Assembly: GCA_943704425.1 (NCBI GenBank)
Contig: CALSCP010002846.1
Coordinates: 1 to 46,474, forward strand
DNA: 46,474 nucleotides
Source of the DNA: Ministeria vibrans ATCC 50519
Lineage: Eukaryota; Protista; Filasterea
Reading direction: 5' to 3'
The position numbers were made by a program, and so were the translations under genes. Positions within the stretch are counted from its first letter, which is position 1. Every line of letters starts with the position of its first letter. Shown here in pieces: positions 34,464-46,474 of the stretch. The notes under the pieces are model-generated. The model was not told the DNA's origin. It made no database searches and saw only the letters and a list, made by a program, of their open reading frames with translations.

Positions 34464-36347
34464 CTAGACGAGCATACTGCCACGAGCAAAGGGCCCAGGG
34501 ATGTCTGACTCGGGAGAAGGCGGGGAGGGGTCCTGGCGGTAAAGCTCAGCGGCCTCTGCACCAAACATGGGGAGAACCTCAAGGTTGTCATTTGCGGCGA
34601 CATTGAGGTGGATGAGGGCGTCGGTGCCAAAACCCTCCATGGACGAGATCGACAGGTCGCCGCCAAAATATTTGGCATACAGACGCGACAGTGGCAGCCC
34701 ATAACCAAGTCCAGCCTACGCAAAAAAAAAAAAGAACAACAACAAAAAGAAAACATCAGCGGCCTCATGCAAAATATTGTTTGTTCAAATTTTGTTTGTT
34801 CTTACCATTGGAGTGGACTCGGAGCAGTCTTCGACCGGAACACCGGCAGTCGTGTAAGAGTAAGAGAAGATCTTATCGACGTCTGCACGAGGAATGCCGC
34901 CACCTTCGTCGCTGATTTTGATGGAGAGGTCGTTGTCGCCCTTGACAATGACCACGTCGACGGGCGGGAGGTCCCCGTCGGAGCCGCAGTGCTCGACGGT
35001 GGCACGGAACGAGTTCTTCAACAGCTCGAAGAGGATATGGTGCAGGTGTGACGGCACGTACGAGAAGCAGATAGAGTCGGTGGCCCCGTGAGAGTCGTAG
35101 GAGCGAACACGGACGCGCGGCGCTGTCATGTAGTTGGCCTCGCACAGAAAGGTCGCATCGCGAATGGCATCGTGACACACATCGTTAACACATGTGGACT
35201 CGTCGATAATGCCCACCCACGAGTCCGTGGGAGTGCTCTGGTTGTCGGACGCGAACAGTTCGAGATGCTGTGAGATGAGCATGCGAATGCCAATGCGTGA
35301 CAAGTAAAAGCGGTCCAGGAAAGTCGGAATCGACTGATCTTCCCAAATTGCAGTCCCACGCACTGCCTTGAGTTCCACAATACCTTGTGCCATCGTTTGA
35401 ACAACCTAAATTTACATCAAAAAATTAACGTAAGAGCTTTAAAGAGAGAGAAGAGAGAGACAGAGAGAGACAGAGAGAGAGAGAGACAGAGACAGAGAGA
35501 GGAGACAGAGAGAGGCTTACGTTTGCATGACGCTGGTGGATGTTGCGCACAAGCGACGTGACGGTGCGCACATAGTCCTTGTCGGATGTGCTGTCGGCCC
35601 CTGAGTAGTCGACCAGGTCGCGGAAACTCTGTAAATAGCTACACAGAAGAAAACAGCATCGCGCACGTGTGAGGAGTGCTGGGTGGGCGTCGGGGGCACC
35701 ATGACACTTGCATGGTGCCGCTGGGCGCCATGCCGCAAGAACATTGCCACAAACGAAGGTGAAACGTGAAGTTGAAAATAATTCAGCGAAAAAAAGAAAA
35801 AAATTTGCAAAAAAAAAAAAAAAAAAAAAAAAAAGAAAAAAAAAAGAGAGAGACGAAAAAAAGAAAAAGAAAAGTCGCGACGAAGAGACAATCGTCTCGT
35901 GCTGGGCGTTGTTTGGCCGTTCCATTGCCATCAACATACACGCGCGTGTGTCATCGACCCATGCCTGCTGCGTGCACATCGAAACACGCGCGAATTTCGC
36001 GGTTTCACGCGTAAACAGTCGGCAGCGCAACATAATATAAAAAAAGGACGAGAAAAAAAAACCTTACCCGTCAGAGACAAGCCGGACGCCACGCTGAGCC
36101 AGAAGATCTTGCGGGAGAGCGTTGATTTCCTTGGTCTACGGAGAAAAACACGTAAGGGATTTGTGTGTACGAGACAAAAAGTTGCAATGATGGGAAAAGT
36201 CGTCATCGGCGACGTCAAGGGAGAAAAAGACGCAGACAGAGGCGACGGGAGGGGGTGGGTGCGGTACCATGTGGGCAAGACGGATGGGGAGCTCGTTATG
36301 AAGCCATTTGCACGACATGAGAGCCTTGGAGGCGTCCGGGGTGCGAC
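34464..36347 (-). CDS. PDK: Mitochondrial pyruvate dehydrogenase kinase (PDK/BCKDK family); 5' exons lost in gap 36407-37387
   Basis: Motifs WLHNELPIRLAHM, YLQSF, FLDRFYLSRIGIRMLISQH, YVPSHLHHILFELLKNSFRATVE, KISDEGGGIP, FSYSYTTA and AGLGYGLPLSRLYAKYFGGDL...SMEGFGTDA. Confidence 0.92.
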
Positions 36348-37737
36348 CTGCAAGAGAGTGAGAGAGAGAGAAACACGGGATTGAGTGAGGTGGCGAGTGG
36401 GGGGGGNNNNNNNNNNNNNNNNNNNNNNNNNNNNNNNNNNNNNNNNNNNNNNNNNNNNNNNNNNNNNNNNNNNNNNNNNNNNNNNNNNNNNNNNNNNNNN
36501 NNNNNNNNNNNNNNNNNNNNNNNNNNNNNNNNNNNNNNNNNNNNNNNNNNNNNNNNNNNNNNNNNNNNNNNNNNNNNNNNNNNNNNNNNNNNNNNNNNNN
36601 NNNNNNNNNNNNNNNNNNNNNNNNNNNNNNNNNNNNNNNNNNNNNNNNNNNNNNNNNNNNNNNNNNNNNNNNNNNNNNNNNNNNNNNNNNNNNNNNNNNN
36701 NNNNNNNNNNNNNNNNNNNNNNNNNNNNNNNNNNNNNNNNNNNNNNNNNNNNNNNNNNNNNNNNNNNNNNNNNNNNNNNNNNNNNNNNNNNNNNNNNNNN
36801 NNNNNNNNNNNNNNNNNNNNNNNNNNNNNNNNNNNNNNNNNNNNNNNNNNNNNNNNNNNNNNNNNNNNNNNNNNNNNNNNNNNNNNNNNNNNNNNNNNNN
36901 NNNNNNNNNNNNNNNNNNNNNNNNNNNNNNNNNNNNNNNNNNNNNNNNNNNNNNNNNNNNNNNNNNNNNNNNNNNNNNNNNNNNNNNNNNNNNNNNNNNN
37001 NNNNNNNNNNNNNNNNNNNNNNNNNNNNNNNNNNNNNNNNNNNNNNNNNNNNNNNNNNNNNNNNNNNNNNNNNNNNNNNNNNNNNNNNNNNNNNNNNNNN
37101 NNNNNNNNNNNNNNNNNNNNNNNNNNNNNNNNNNNNNNNNNNNNNNNNNNNNNNNNNNNNNNNNNNNNNNNNNNNNNNNNNNNNNNNNNNNNNNNNNNNN
37201 NNNNNNNNNNNNNNNNNNNNNNNNNNNNNNNNNNNNNNNNNNNNNNNNNNNNNNNNNNNNNNNNNNNNNNNNNNNNNNNNNNNNNNNNNNNNNNNNNNNN
37301 NNNNNNNNNNNNNNNNNNNNNNNNNNNNNNNNNNNNNNNNNNNNNNNNNNNNNNNNNNNNNNNNNNNNNNNNNNNNNNNNNNNNNNNTCCAAAATCCCCT
37401 CTTTGTGACAAACAATAGCAAATCACAAGTTTCAAAACGTTTTTACTCGATATCGAGTTTTTGAAAAAAATCGGGGTTTTTTTTGATCAGTCTCAATTAA
37501 TTCTTTGCAGATTCTGACTTCGACTATGAGCCAACGTGCCAAGACGTGGATGGATTGGGAGCGCGTCCACTCGATTCTGTGCAGCGCTGGCTCATACCAA
37601 ATCCTCTACTTCGAACGCAAAGCCACGCACCACAAACCCAAGCCGATAAAAAATGAGCCACAGAGGAGTGGGGAAAGCAAAAGCGATAGACCAAAATGGG
37701 TGTAAAAAGTGTGCAACAACAACAGGTGTAGATGTGG

Positions 37738-39655
37738 TCAGTCCTTCTTGTCGTGATCATATTCGCGGTTGTCGTGGATGTCGTCACCGTTGATGGCCAC
37801 GCGCACAATAAACTGGACAATAAACTTGTACCAGACAAGATTCATGACGAGGAGAGCCAAGAGAAGAACATTGAAGAGCAGAGGGAAGGGTGGCTCGCGC
37901 ATGAGCTGCCATGCAGTGATGCCCACGCCTCTCAGAACAATTGTCGGGTACAGGTACAAACGGAAGTAGGCCCTGCAATGTGAGGGTGTGTCAGCCAGGC
38001 AATATTTCGATTAGGTGGTGGTGAGTGAATGGTTCGTTCGAGTGACAAGTGAGTGGTGAATGAATGAGTTGGGAGTCGGTAAATTGAAATTACAAAAAAA
38101 AAAAAAAATGCGTACCAAGTGACGGCAAACACAATGAAGCCCAGTGCAGAGAACAAATCGTACACCTTGTAAACCTTTCCGTCCGCACGCTCCTTCAAGT
38201 ACGCCATAATCTATACAACATACATGATTATAATAAGGTTTTGTCTCATTGCGCTTTATCATTGTTACCTTTGTGATTTCAAGACAAAAGTCGCTAATGT
38301 CGTGCAGAAAGAGAACAAGAATGCCAATGCGATGGTGTCGCACGGCAAACGAAAAGGCCAATAGGGATACTGTCACAATGTGATGCACTGTCATCTGAGA
38401 AGAACCACGAAAACAACACACTCAGTCGTGTCTATCACGTTGTTTCTCTCTCTCTCTTTCTATCTATCACTTTGTTTCTTTCTCTCTCTCACTCTCTCTC
38501 TCTCTATCACTTTGTTTTTCTCTCTCTATCACTTTGTTTCTTTCTTCTCTCTCTCTATCACTTTGTTTCTTTCTCCTCTCTCTCTCTCTGCCTATCTGTT
38601 TCTGTCTATTACTTTGTTTCTTTCTACCTCTCTCTATCACTTTGTTTCTTTCTACCTCTCTCTATCACTTTGTTTCTTTCTCCTCTCCCTCTCGCCCTCT
38701 CTCTCTCTCTCTCTCTCTCGTTATTTTAGTACCATCACTGTGTCTTTGCGTTGCTCGTCCCAATAGAGTGTCCCGTAAATCGAGTGCACATAAAAGGCCA
38801 ACTAAAAACGGAAACGAGGGGTTTCACCAGTCTTCGCAACAGATCATTTGGTCATCGTCATACCTGAAGCATATAGAGATAATACAGATCGTGAGGCACT
38901 ACCATGGTCGGACTCCAATCTACACGACACACACACAGACATTCACAAATGTTCCTCTCAAGTCATGTCTTTGTATTTCAACGCCACGTACCAATCCATG
39001 GCGCTAAGGGGTCACTGACATACGCGTGCTCGGGCTTCGACAAGAGATAGGCGGCCCAGAGCCACGTCGCCACGTAGTAGAACAGCTTGAAGAAACACTC
39101 GGGCAGCTTGCGACGATGCTCGAGCGTCAGGTTCCACCAGCGACCCACCGGCCCCGACACAAAGCGATCAAGAACCACTCTGTAGAGGGTCACGGCAAGA
39201 ACAAACACAACGACGGCCACGGTGTCTTCCATCCGCCACGAACTCAGTCTCTGCCACACAACAGAATATGAACGTTTTGTTTCTCGCTATCTCGCTCTCG
39301 GCCATCACTCTCCTCCATCGATAGAGCAGCCAGACACAAACAAATACACACACACACACACATAGACACACACAGACACACACGTGCAGTCAGACAGACA
39401 GAGAGACAGGCCTATCAAAATGAGCTCACCAGAACGGATCCTGTCAAACCCGAACTACACACACACACACTCTCTCTCTCTCTCGCACAAAGAGCCCCGC
39501 TCAAAGACACTAAGCAAGCACCGTACCTGCACATCGGCGACAAACTTCCGCACAAGCTCGCCTGGAGATGTCGCAATGGTCTCCTTTACCATTCGAATCA
39601 ATGGTGGCAGCACACCCTGAAACGTACTCGTGTACTCTTCAATAATGCCGCTCAT
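37738..39655 (-). CDS. CERS1: Ceramide synthase (TLC/Lag1 domain), CERS1-like, with no Hox-like domain
   Basis: KLPEC.FK..YY; Lag1 motif RKD.V.M.VHH.VT..L..FS......IG.LVLFLHD.SD..LE..K; FRLY.YP; FN.LL..L..MN..W; C-terminal D.REYD as in CERS1. Confidence 0.85.
38430..38682 (+). repeat. Intronic minisatellite (ctctatcactttgtttcttt), related to the repeat at 8085-8277
   Basis: About 8 copies interspersed with (CT)n. Confidence 0.8.
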
Positions 39656-39975
39656 TCTTGACGCCGCAACAAGTAGAGTATAGACTGTCCGACTGTGAGA
39701 TATAAAAAAATGTCTTTCAGAAATCAGACTTCAGTCAATAATTAAATACTCACCTTCTCAGTCTGTGTCAATTGTATTACATTTCTTATACTCGACTGTG
39801 ATTAAGTATAAAGACAGCCTTGTCTCATTATCAACTCAGTGTCAGACATGGTGACTGAGAGATTATTCACTCTCCTAGATCTGTAGTAATACAACTCAGA
39901 AACAAACTACTCGTCCCTAACATTCACTGTACTGAAGAAGACAAAAAGAGGCAGAATTGTATTTATTTTTTCAAA

Positions 39976-40616
39976 TTAGGGAGGCGAATAGGTCGTTTCC
40001 GTGCGCTTTGTCACAATGCACACAGTGTCGGAACCCTGAATGGTCGATGGAAAGACGGCTCCAACTGTGAACAAATAGTCAATGTATTCATACGAAGTCG
40101 TAGAATCTGCGCGTCGTGTCTCTTGACTACCGACAGTGTCAACATGGCAGAAAAAGTTGCGCGTACGCGACAACTATAAAGACCAAAGAGAACAACTCAG
40201 TCATAACAACGATGGATATGTAATGAATGATATCTTTACGTTGGTGCACTTGGTGCGTGTGTAGAAGCTTCCGTCGGTAGTGAAGCCATCTTGGCCAAAT
40301 TCGACTACCTCAGCAAGGTTTCCTGCGACACGGAGAAGCAAAAAACCCCCCAAAAAATTTACAAAAATAAGATACTCGAGAGAAGACGTTTCGTTTGAAA
40401 AGGGAAAAAGAACCCTTTCAGTGTCAAAGTCAAAAAAAAAAAAGTCAAAAAAGTACCTCCAATACAGTAAAGATCAGCGGTGATCTTTGAAAAGGGAAAA
40501 TCAGCGGGGGCCAGGGTGCCCTCGCCAAGGAAGAGGTTTGTCGGCGTGACGAATGGCCCAGAGCCCAGCGCAAGACTGCCCGTCACCAGCGCAGCAACAG
40601 CAAGAAGAACCTTCAT
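39976..40616 (-). CDS. Small secreted protein of unknown function, 3 exons (40616-40457, 40322-40240, 40173-39976), 146 aa
   Basis: Signal peptide MKVLLAVAALVTGSLA. Introns with compatible phases join ...LYCIG|GNLAEVV...TKCTN|LSRTRNFFCHV...VCIVTKRTETTYSPP*. Four Cys. Confidence 0.7.
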
Positions 40617-41984
40617 ATATACCACCTAATCCCACACCGCCCAAGGGTTAGTTGCGTTGCAATGCCCATGCCATGATACGAGGCGTCCCAAGACGACACA
40701 AAAAAAAAGCCGTTCCGAGAAAAAAAAAAAAAAAAAAAAAAAAAANNNNNNNNNNGTGTCAACAAGATGGAAATTCCAACGGATCGAACATTTTGGATGG
40801 TGCGTTAGGAATACGAATAGGAAGGACGCGCTTCAGATTTCACGAGAGGTTTCATCGAAACAGACTTGCGTGCACACACGCACACGCACAGTCCACAGCC
40901 ACACGGCTCAAGTACGACGCATCGAGACCGTATCCTCTGTTTTTTCGACGTTTTTTTTCTCATTTTCGCTCCTTATTTCGCTTCTGGGGCGCTCACACGT
41001 CGCCAAACGCCGACTTCTGGCGCATCAAAAGCACGCCTGTGTGACATAGCACTCTCAGCTCGACGCCGGCCTTGAACAACTCAAGGCCAAATTGCCCTTA
41101 AGGGTTTGACACAAAGTGGCATGGTAGACACACAGCGCAGAAAACCAAGACGAGCCGCAACCAAGAGCGGTTGCAAAGTGAACAAAAGGATGAACGCTTA
41201 CCGTTGCGATAGAGAAAGAAATAATGATAACAATAAACAATAATTATTATTCAAAATACACGAAATTATTATTGTATTGGCAACGTATGTGAATTTGTAG
41301 CACGCTTGTTGCACGTTTGTAAACACTAAAAGGTAATCAAGATTGGTTAAGTAAGACAGACAGGCTTACAGGCTTTGACCGCCTTTGAAGCTTGCCGCTT
41401 AGCACTTCTTTCGTGCTATTTGCTGGCTCATCCTTTGGCGCGCGTTGATTTAAATTCTATTCCTTATAATTATAGTCACAGCCTCAGCAAGTAAAGAGTT
41501 AAAACTAAAGACTTTTAAGAGAGTTCTCATTTTCTTTATATCTACCGTAGCTTCTCTGCTGCTGCGTGTGTTCTCTTCTCTCGTGTCTAGTCCGTCGGAG
41601 AAAGACAGGGACAGAGAGGCCCTTGAAGGAACATTGAAGAGCAAACTTCGAGCAAACGGCCTTTCGCAAAGGTGTCGCAAAGAGACTTCTCTCGCGCTGC
41701 TCCCGTCCTACAACCGTGCATCTGCCTCTGCATATCATTTCCTCACGCTCTGCTGCACCGTGTCGCCTCGGACGACCGCTACAATCCCCTACACGAGTAA
41801 TTATCTTTTATCTCTTAATATTCTCACTGGCTGGTCTCTTCCCTTCCCTCTGTCGCCCGTGCCCCTCTCTTCGTCCCCTGTGCCTTCCCCTGCTTTCCAT
41901 CTTCCTTGAGTGCGCCATCTCCTGACCGTGTCTGCTCGCTTTTTTGATGTGGTAGAAGAAGAAGCTGACCGATAAGAACTAAAA

Positions 41985-44900
41985 ATGGCTTATCAACACC
42001 ACGGCCTCGTCGCGCTCCTCGCGCTCTGTCTGTGCGTCTCTCCGGCCCTCTCGACTGTGCTCAACTGTGCCAACGGCGGGACTTGCGAAATCAATGCTGA
42101 GCAAGAGCCCTACTGCGAATGCACTGAGGGCTACACCGGAGACCTTTGCCAGACTGCCGTGACGCAAGTATTCTCAGTCAACTAACCACCATCCCCAGAC
42201 TCACCCCTGTTCATCTTCTCATATTTCTCTCAGTGCTCACTCGCGGGCTGCCCAGACTTCTGTCTTGAGCTACAGAACTCTTTTCATTGTCAGTGCGACG
42301 TCGCGGCACCAAGCCTGATCAGCTCCTACTCAGAACAGACCAGCTTTTTTTCAACCAAAACCAATTTCACGGCTGTGAGCATCGATGACTTCACCAATAT
42401 ATATAGCGTTGTGGGCATCACCAACGGCGACCTGTATACCGAAGAGTCCTTTGGCGGCAACGATATCTTCATGCTCGTCGTCGACATCAACTCTCCGCAA
42501 CAGCCTAACGTACAACAGCAGTTTGGCACGGACGCCGACGACACTGCCGAAGGAGTCGTCTTCCTCAACAATTTTGGCGTTGTGGTCATTGTGGGGAACG
42601 CTCCCACCACGTCGGGTTTCTCAATCGCTGGCGACCCAGTCAGCGGCACCCCGGGCGCCTACCTCATCTTCGTCGACGCAAGCGCCGCCAACATTGTAGC
42701 GAGCTTCACCTTTGGTAACGACACCCGTGACACTCTCAACGCAGCCACCAAGTCTACCTCTGGCAACAGTGTCTTTGCTGCGGGTGCCGTCATCGACCCG
42801 GCGACCAACCTTTTTCACATTCTCGTTGTCCTTATCAACGCAGACCCCCCCACCTTCTCGCTCGTCTTCGAGGTCACCATCGCCGGTGACGGTATCGACA
42901 TCGCAACAGCAGTTGCCACGGACGATTTTTCAGGGACCAGCGTCTTTATTACTGGCTCGTCCACCAGCAGCGCTATTCTCGGCACCTCCAACCCAAATGC
43001 ACCGCTCGAGACCACCTTCCTCATGTCCCTCAGTGCCTCCGACGGTGCTCTCCAACAAGTCAACTTCTTTTCCGCTAGCACCGATGCTTCCATCGGCACT
43101 GCTCTGGCCTTCTCTCCTTTCTCGCAGATTCTTGTCGCTGGCACCAACACTAACAATTCCATCTCGTACGATACTCAACACTAATATTCTAAAAAAATTA
43201 TTATTATTAATTTTATTATTATTGCTGTTGTTGTTGTCGTCGTCGTCGTCATTGTTGTTGTTTTTGCCGGCCTTTGTGAAAAAACACTTATTCATCAACT
43301 GTTTATTTTCTTTTTCCTAGAAACGCGTACATGGCTGTGTTTGACGCGACGACACTGACATTTATGTCATCCACATCGCTGTGGCCGTCGGTGCCGGAAT
43401 CAAGCGCAAGCGGCATCGCCATCGACGACTTCTACTATGCCATTTACGTCGGTGGTACCGCACGTCCCAATGCAGGCACAACATTCGGCATCATCACCCA
43501 AATTGACTTGTCCACCTTCGACGAAAAGTCCAATATTACCATAGCGGACGTGCTCGATGTCGACCTCCAGGCAGTCACTGTCAGTCGCGCCACAGGCAAC
43601 GTGTACACGGCCCTCACGTTGTCAAACGCACCTCGAACCGAAACTTCAACGTTCCTGTACGACGTCTGCTTCCTCACCCTGTGTGCTTCCTCTCCGTGTG
43701 AAAACGGCGGATCTTGCGTCGCTAATGATCGCTATTACGTTTGTAATTGTGCCGAAGGCTATACTGGCCCCCAGTGTGAATCTACCATTGACTACGTACG
43801 TTTTTTTTTTTTTTTGCTCAAATACTTTTTTCTGACACATTCATTGATCCCCTTGTTTTTTCTCGTCTAGTGCGAATCATCACCTTGCCAAAACTCGGGT
43901 GTGTGTATCTCAGGTACGACACAGTACACCTGCTCCTGTCCAAGCAACAGCACCGGCACCCATTGCGAAACTTTGGCATCGTCGTTGCCTGCTTCCTGCG
44001 ACGAACTTCTTGCTCTATCGCCCCAAAGCAGCAACGGTCAATATTTGTTCTACGTGCGTAGCGGTGGTGGCTTTATGGAACTTTACTGCGACATGACAAC
44101 CGATGGAGGCGGTTGGACAATTCTCGCCTCGACTGCAGCCAGTGCAGCTGGCGGAATTCCTTTCACGGCAGACTACGTGACTCTTGGTGACCCTTTTGCA
44201 TCTCAAGCAATGTCACTGACGCGTCAGACTAAAGTGATTCTTTCGGATGACTACTCGCTAAGAAGCTTGGAGACCCTTATCGTGAGCTTGAGTACTCTTG
44301 ACACTTTCATCGTCCAGACCGCTCCTTTTTCGCGCGACCTAATCTCCACTAGCGGTACTTTTACGGAGACGAGCAGCTCGACCCTGTCTGTAAACTCGGG
44401 TACAGGCATCTCGGTTGAGATTGGCTGGAGCACGGATGGTATTGCGCGGGGTGGCGACTTTGGCATTGTGGGGACCACGTTTGACAACTCAAATCCGGAT
44501 GCCTGGTTGACTAACTCAGACTGTCTCGACCATTATTTTTACTCGCTCAGTCCCAACGCCGACGACAACGCCGCATACCAAACCAGCTCGACCACGACTA
44601 CAAGTTGTATTTCGTCCGAGATCGGTGAAATCGTCTACTTGGCGGTTCGTGACCCGTGTGTCATGAATTCGCAGTGTGCCTGCTACGCCGTCAGTGCGCC
44701 TTGTCCTCAAAATTTTGTCTGCATCGAGGACATTGGCGGTCAGGTGGGATACATCTGTGAGTGCCAATACGGTTATACGGGCGCTTCTTGTGACATCAAA
44801 ATAGACTCGTGTGACCCAAATCCGTGTCTCAACGCTGCTATCTGCAGAGATGGGCTTTTGTCGTACGTATGTGAGTGCCCGACGGGCACAACAGGCACAA

Positions 44901-46474
44901 TGTGCGAGACGAACATTGACGATTGCAACGTGGAGACGTGTCTCAACAGCGGAACGTGTGTTGACGGTCTCGACACATACAGCTGCGTCTGCGCCGCTGG
45001 CTATACTGGCGACCACTGTCTTTTTGAGATCGATGAATGCTCAAGCGAGCCGTGCTTGAACAGCGGGACGTGCGTCGACAATGTCGATGGGTACACTTGC
45101 ACGTGCGTCGTCGGATACTCCGGTGTACAGTGCGAGACGAACATTGACGATTGCAATGTGGAGACGTGTCTCAACAGCGGAACGTGTGTCGACGGTCTCG
45201 ACACATACAGCTGCGTCTGCGCCGCTGGCTATACTGGCGACCACTGTCTTTTTGAGATCGATGAATGCTCAAGCGAGCCGTGCTTGAACAGCGGGACGTG
45301 CGTCGACAATGTCGATGGGTACACTTGCANNNCGTCTGCGCCGCTGGCTATACTGGCGACCACTGTCTTTTTGAGATCGATGAATGCTCAAGCGAGCCGT
45401 GCTTGAACAGCGGGACGTGCGTCGACAATGTCGATGGGTACACTTGTACGTGCGTCGTCGGATACTCCGGTGTACAGTGCGAGACGAACATTGACGATTG
45501 CAACGTGGAGACGTGCATCAATGGTGGCACATGCGACGATGGTGTCGATTCTGTACTGTGCACCTGTGCGCCTGGGTTTACGGGAACAAACTGCGACTCG
45601 GACATTGATGAGTGTGCCTCAATGCCGTGTTTGAACAACGGGACGTGCACTACACCCGCGGTAGGCATGTTTGACTGTCTCTGTCACGCAGGGTTCACCG
45701 GCATGAACTGCGAGAGTGACATTGACGAATGTGCTTCGTCGCCGTGCTCGAATAATGGAACATGCAACCAAGGAAACTCGCCAAACGAATTTTCGTGCGT
45801 GTGTAAAATAGGGTTTTTTGGACAGAGATGCGAGTTCGACATTGACGAATGTGCCTCCTCGCCATGTTCGAATGGAGGCACATGTAGCGAAGGACGGGCA
45901 CCTCACAAATTTGAGTGTACCTGTGCATCTGGATTTATTGGAATACGATGCGAGACGGACATTATCGAGTGCGACTCCGCACCTTGCTCAAACAATGGCA
46001 CATGCAGCGAGGGAACAATGTCTGACATGTTTGAGTGCATATGTGAACCGGGATTCACCGGCGTGATGTGCGAGACGAACATTGACGACTGCAACAGCGA
46101 CACATGTGTCAACGGCGGAACGTGCACCGATGGTGTGGAGTCTGTGGTGTGCTCGTGTGAGCTTGGATTCACTGGCAGCAATTGCGAGAGCGAGATCATT
46201 GAGTGCGCGAGCAATCCGTGCTTGAACGGCGCGACGTGTGTGGACTCGATTGATTTCCACTCGTGCGACTGTGTCGACGGATTCACGGGAACGCTGTGCG
46301 AGACAAACATTGACGACTGCAACAGCGACACATGTGTCAACGGCGGTACATGCACGGACGGCGTTGAGTCTGTGGTGTGCTCGTGTGAGCTTGGATTCAC
46401 TGGCAGCAATTGCGAGAGCGAGATCATTGAGTGCGCGAGCAATCCGTGCTTGAACGGCGCGACGTGTGTGGACT
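41985..46474 (+). CDS. Secreted or cell-surface protein: EGF, beta-propeller (SBBP-like), EGFs, fibrinogen-like (YCDMxxxGGGW) domain and an EGF array; 3' end outside the window
   Basis: Signal peptide MAYQHHGLVALLALCLCVSPALS. Propeller-type repeats (QFGTDADDTAEGV; GDGIDIATAVATD..SVFITGSSTS). Fibrinogen-like segment PASCDEL...NGQY...LYCDMTTDGGGWT. Tandem calcium-binding EGFs continue to the window end. Confidence 0.85.
44903..45510 (+). repeat. Near-identical 228-nt (two-EGF) tandem duplications; a second 228-nt pair lies at 46066-46474
   Basis: 44903 vs 45131 and 46081 vs 46309 are near-identical at a 228-nt offset. A 3-N gap at 45330-45332 breaks the frame. Confidence 0.85.

Noticed and set aside
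23053-36347. Functional cluster of mitochondrial genes (MCCC2, PTC7, PDK)
   Set aside because: They are interspersed with unrelated nuclear and cytosolic genes, and chance adjacency in a compact genome is sufficient.
35931-37464. ORFs of 345-496 aa spanning the large gap
   Set aside because: They consist almost entirely of Ns. The gap probably hides the PDK 5' exons.
40650-41980. Short ORFs in the intergenic region
   Set aside because: They show no recognisable motifs or consistent exon chain and include polyA and gap sequence; this is likely promoter or UTR.

Overview
Compact, intron-rich eukaryotic DNA with GT-AG introns mostly 45-300 nt long, microsatellites and several N-gaps. Tyrosine-kinase, Notch-type EGF, CERS1-like and animal-like HSP70 genes suggest a unicellular holozoan (inference). 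About 14 genes can be reconstructed: a TauD/DdaC-like dioxygenase 3' end, a small multi-TM protein, an intronless FabG4-type SDR, a giant receptor tyrosine kinase of about 5,400 aa, a dCK/dGK-family kinase, MCCC2, an ASH2L-like SPRY protein, a PTC7-like phosphatase, a CHRAC1/POLE4-type histone-fold protein, cytosolic HSP70 with an upstream heat-shock element, PDK, a CERS1-like ceramide synthase, a small secreted orphan, and a second EGF-repeat surface protein that runs off the window. The receptor kinase (2830-20604) is the standout. It has nine 'split' EGF domains, each carrying a homologous beta-rich domain of about 110-150 aa inserted between Cys3 and Cys4. These are followed by 42 tandem Notch-like EGFs, a 10-aa ETT repeat stalk of about 1,000 aa, 6 more EGFs, a juxtamembrane ZU5-like domain ending in an HF/S autoproteolysis-type motif, one TM helix, pTyr/PxxP docking motifs, a divergent tyrosine kinase and a PDZ-ligand tail. 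The second EGF gene appears to use the same nesting strategy, with a beta-propeller inserted between EGF Cys5 and Cys6. Exon structures were worked out by hand and no database searches were run.
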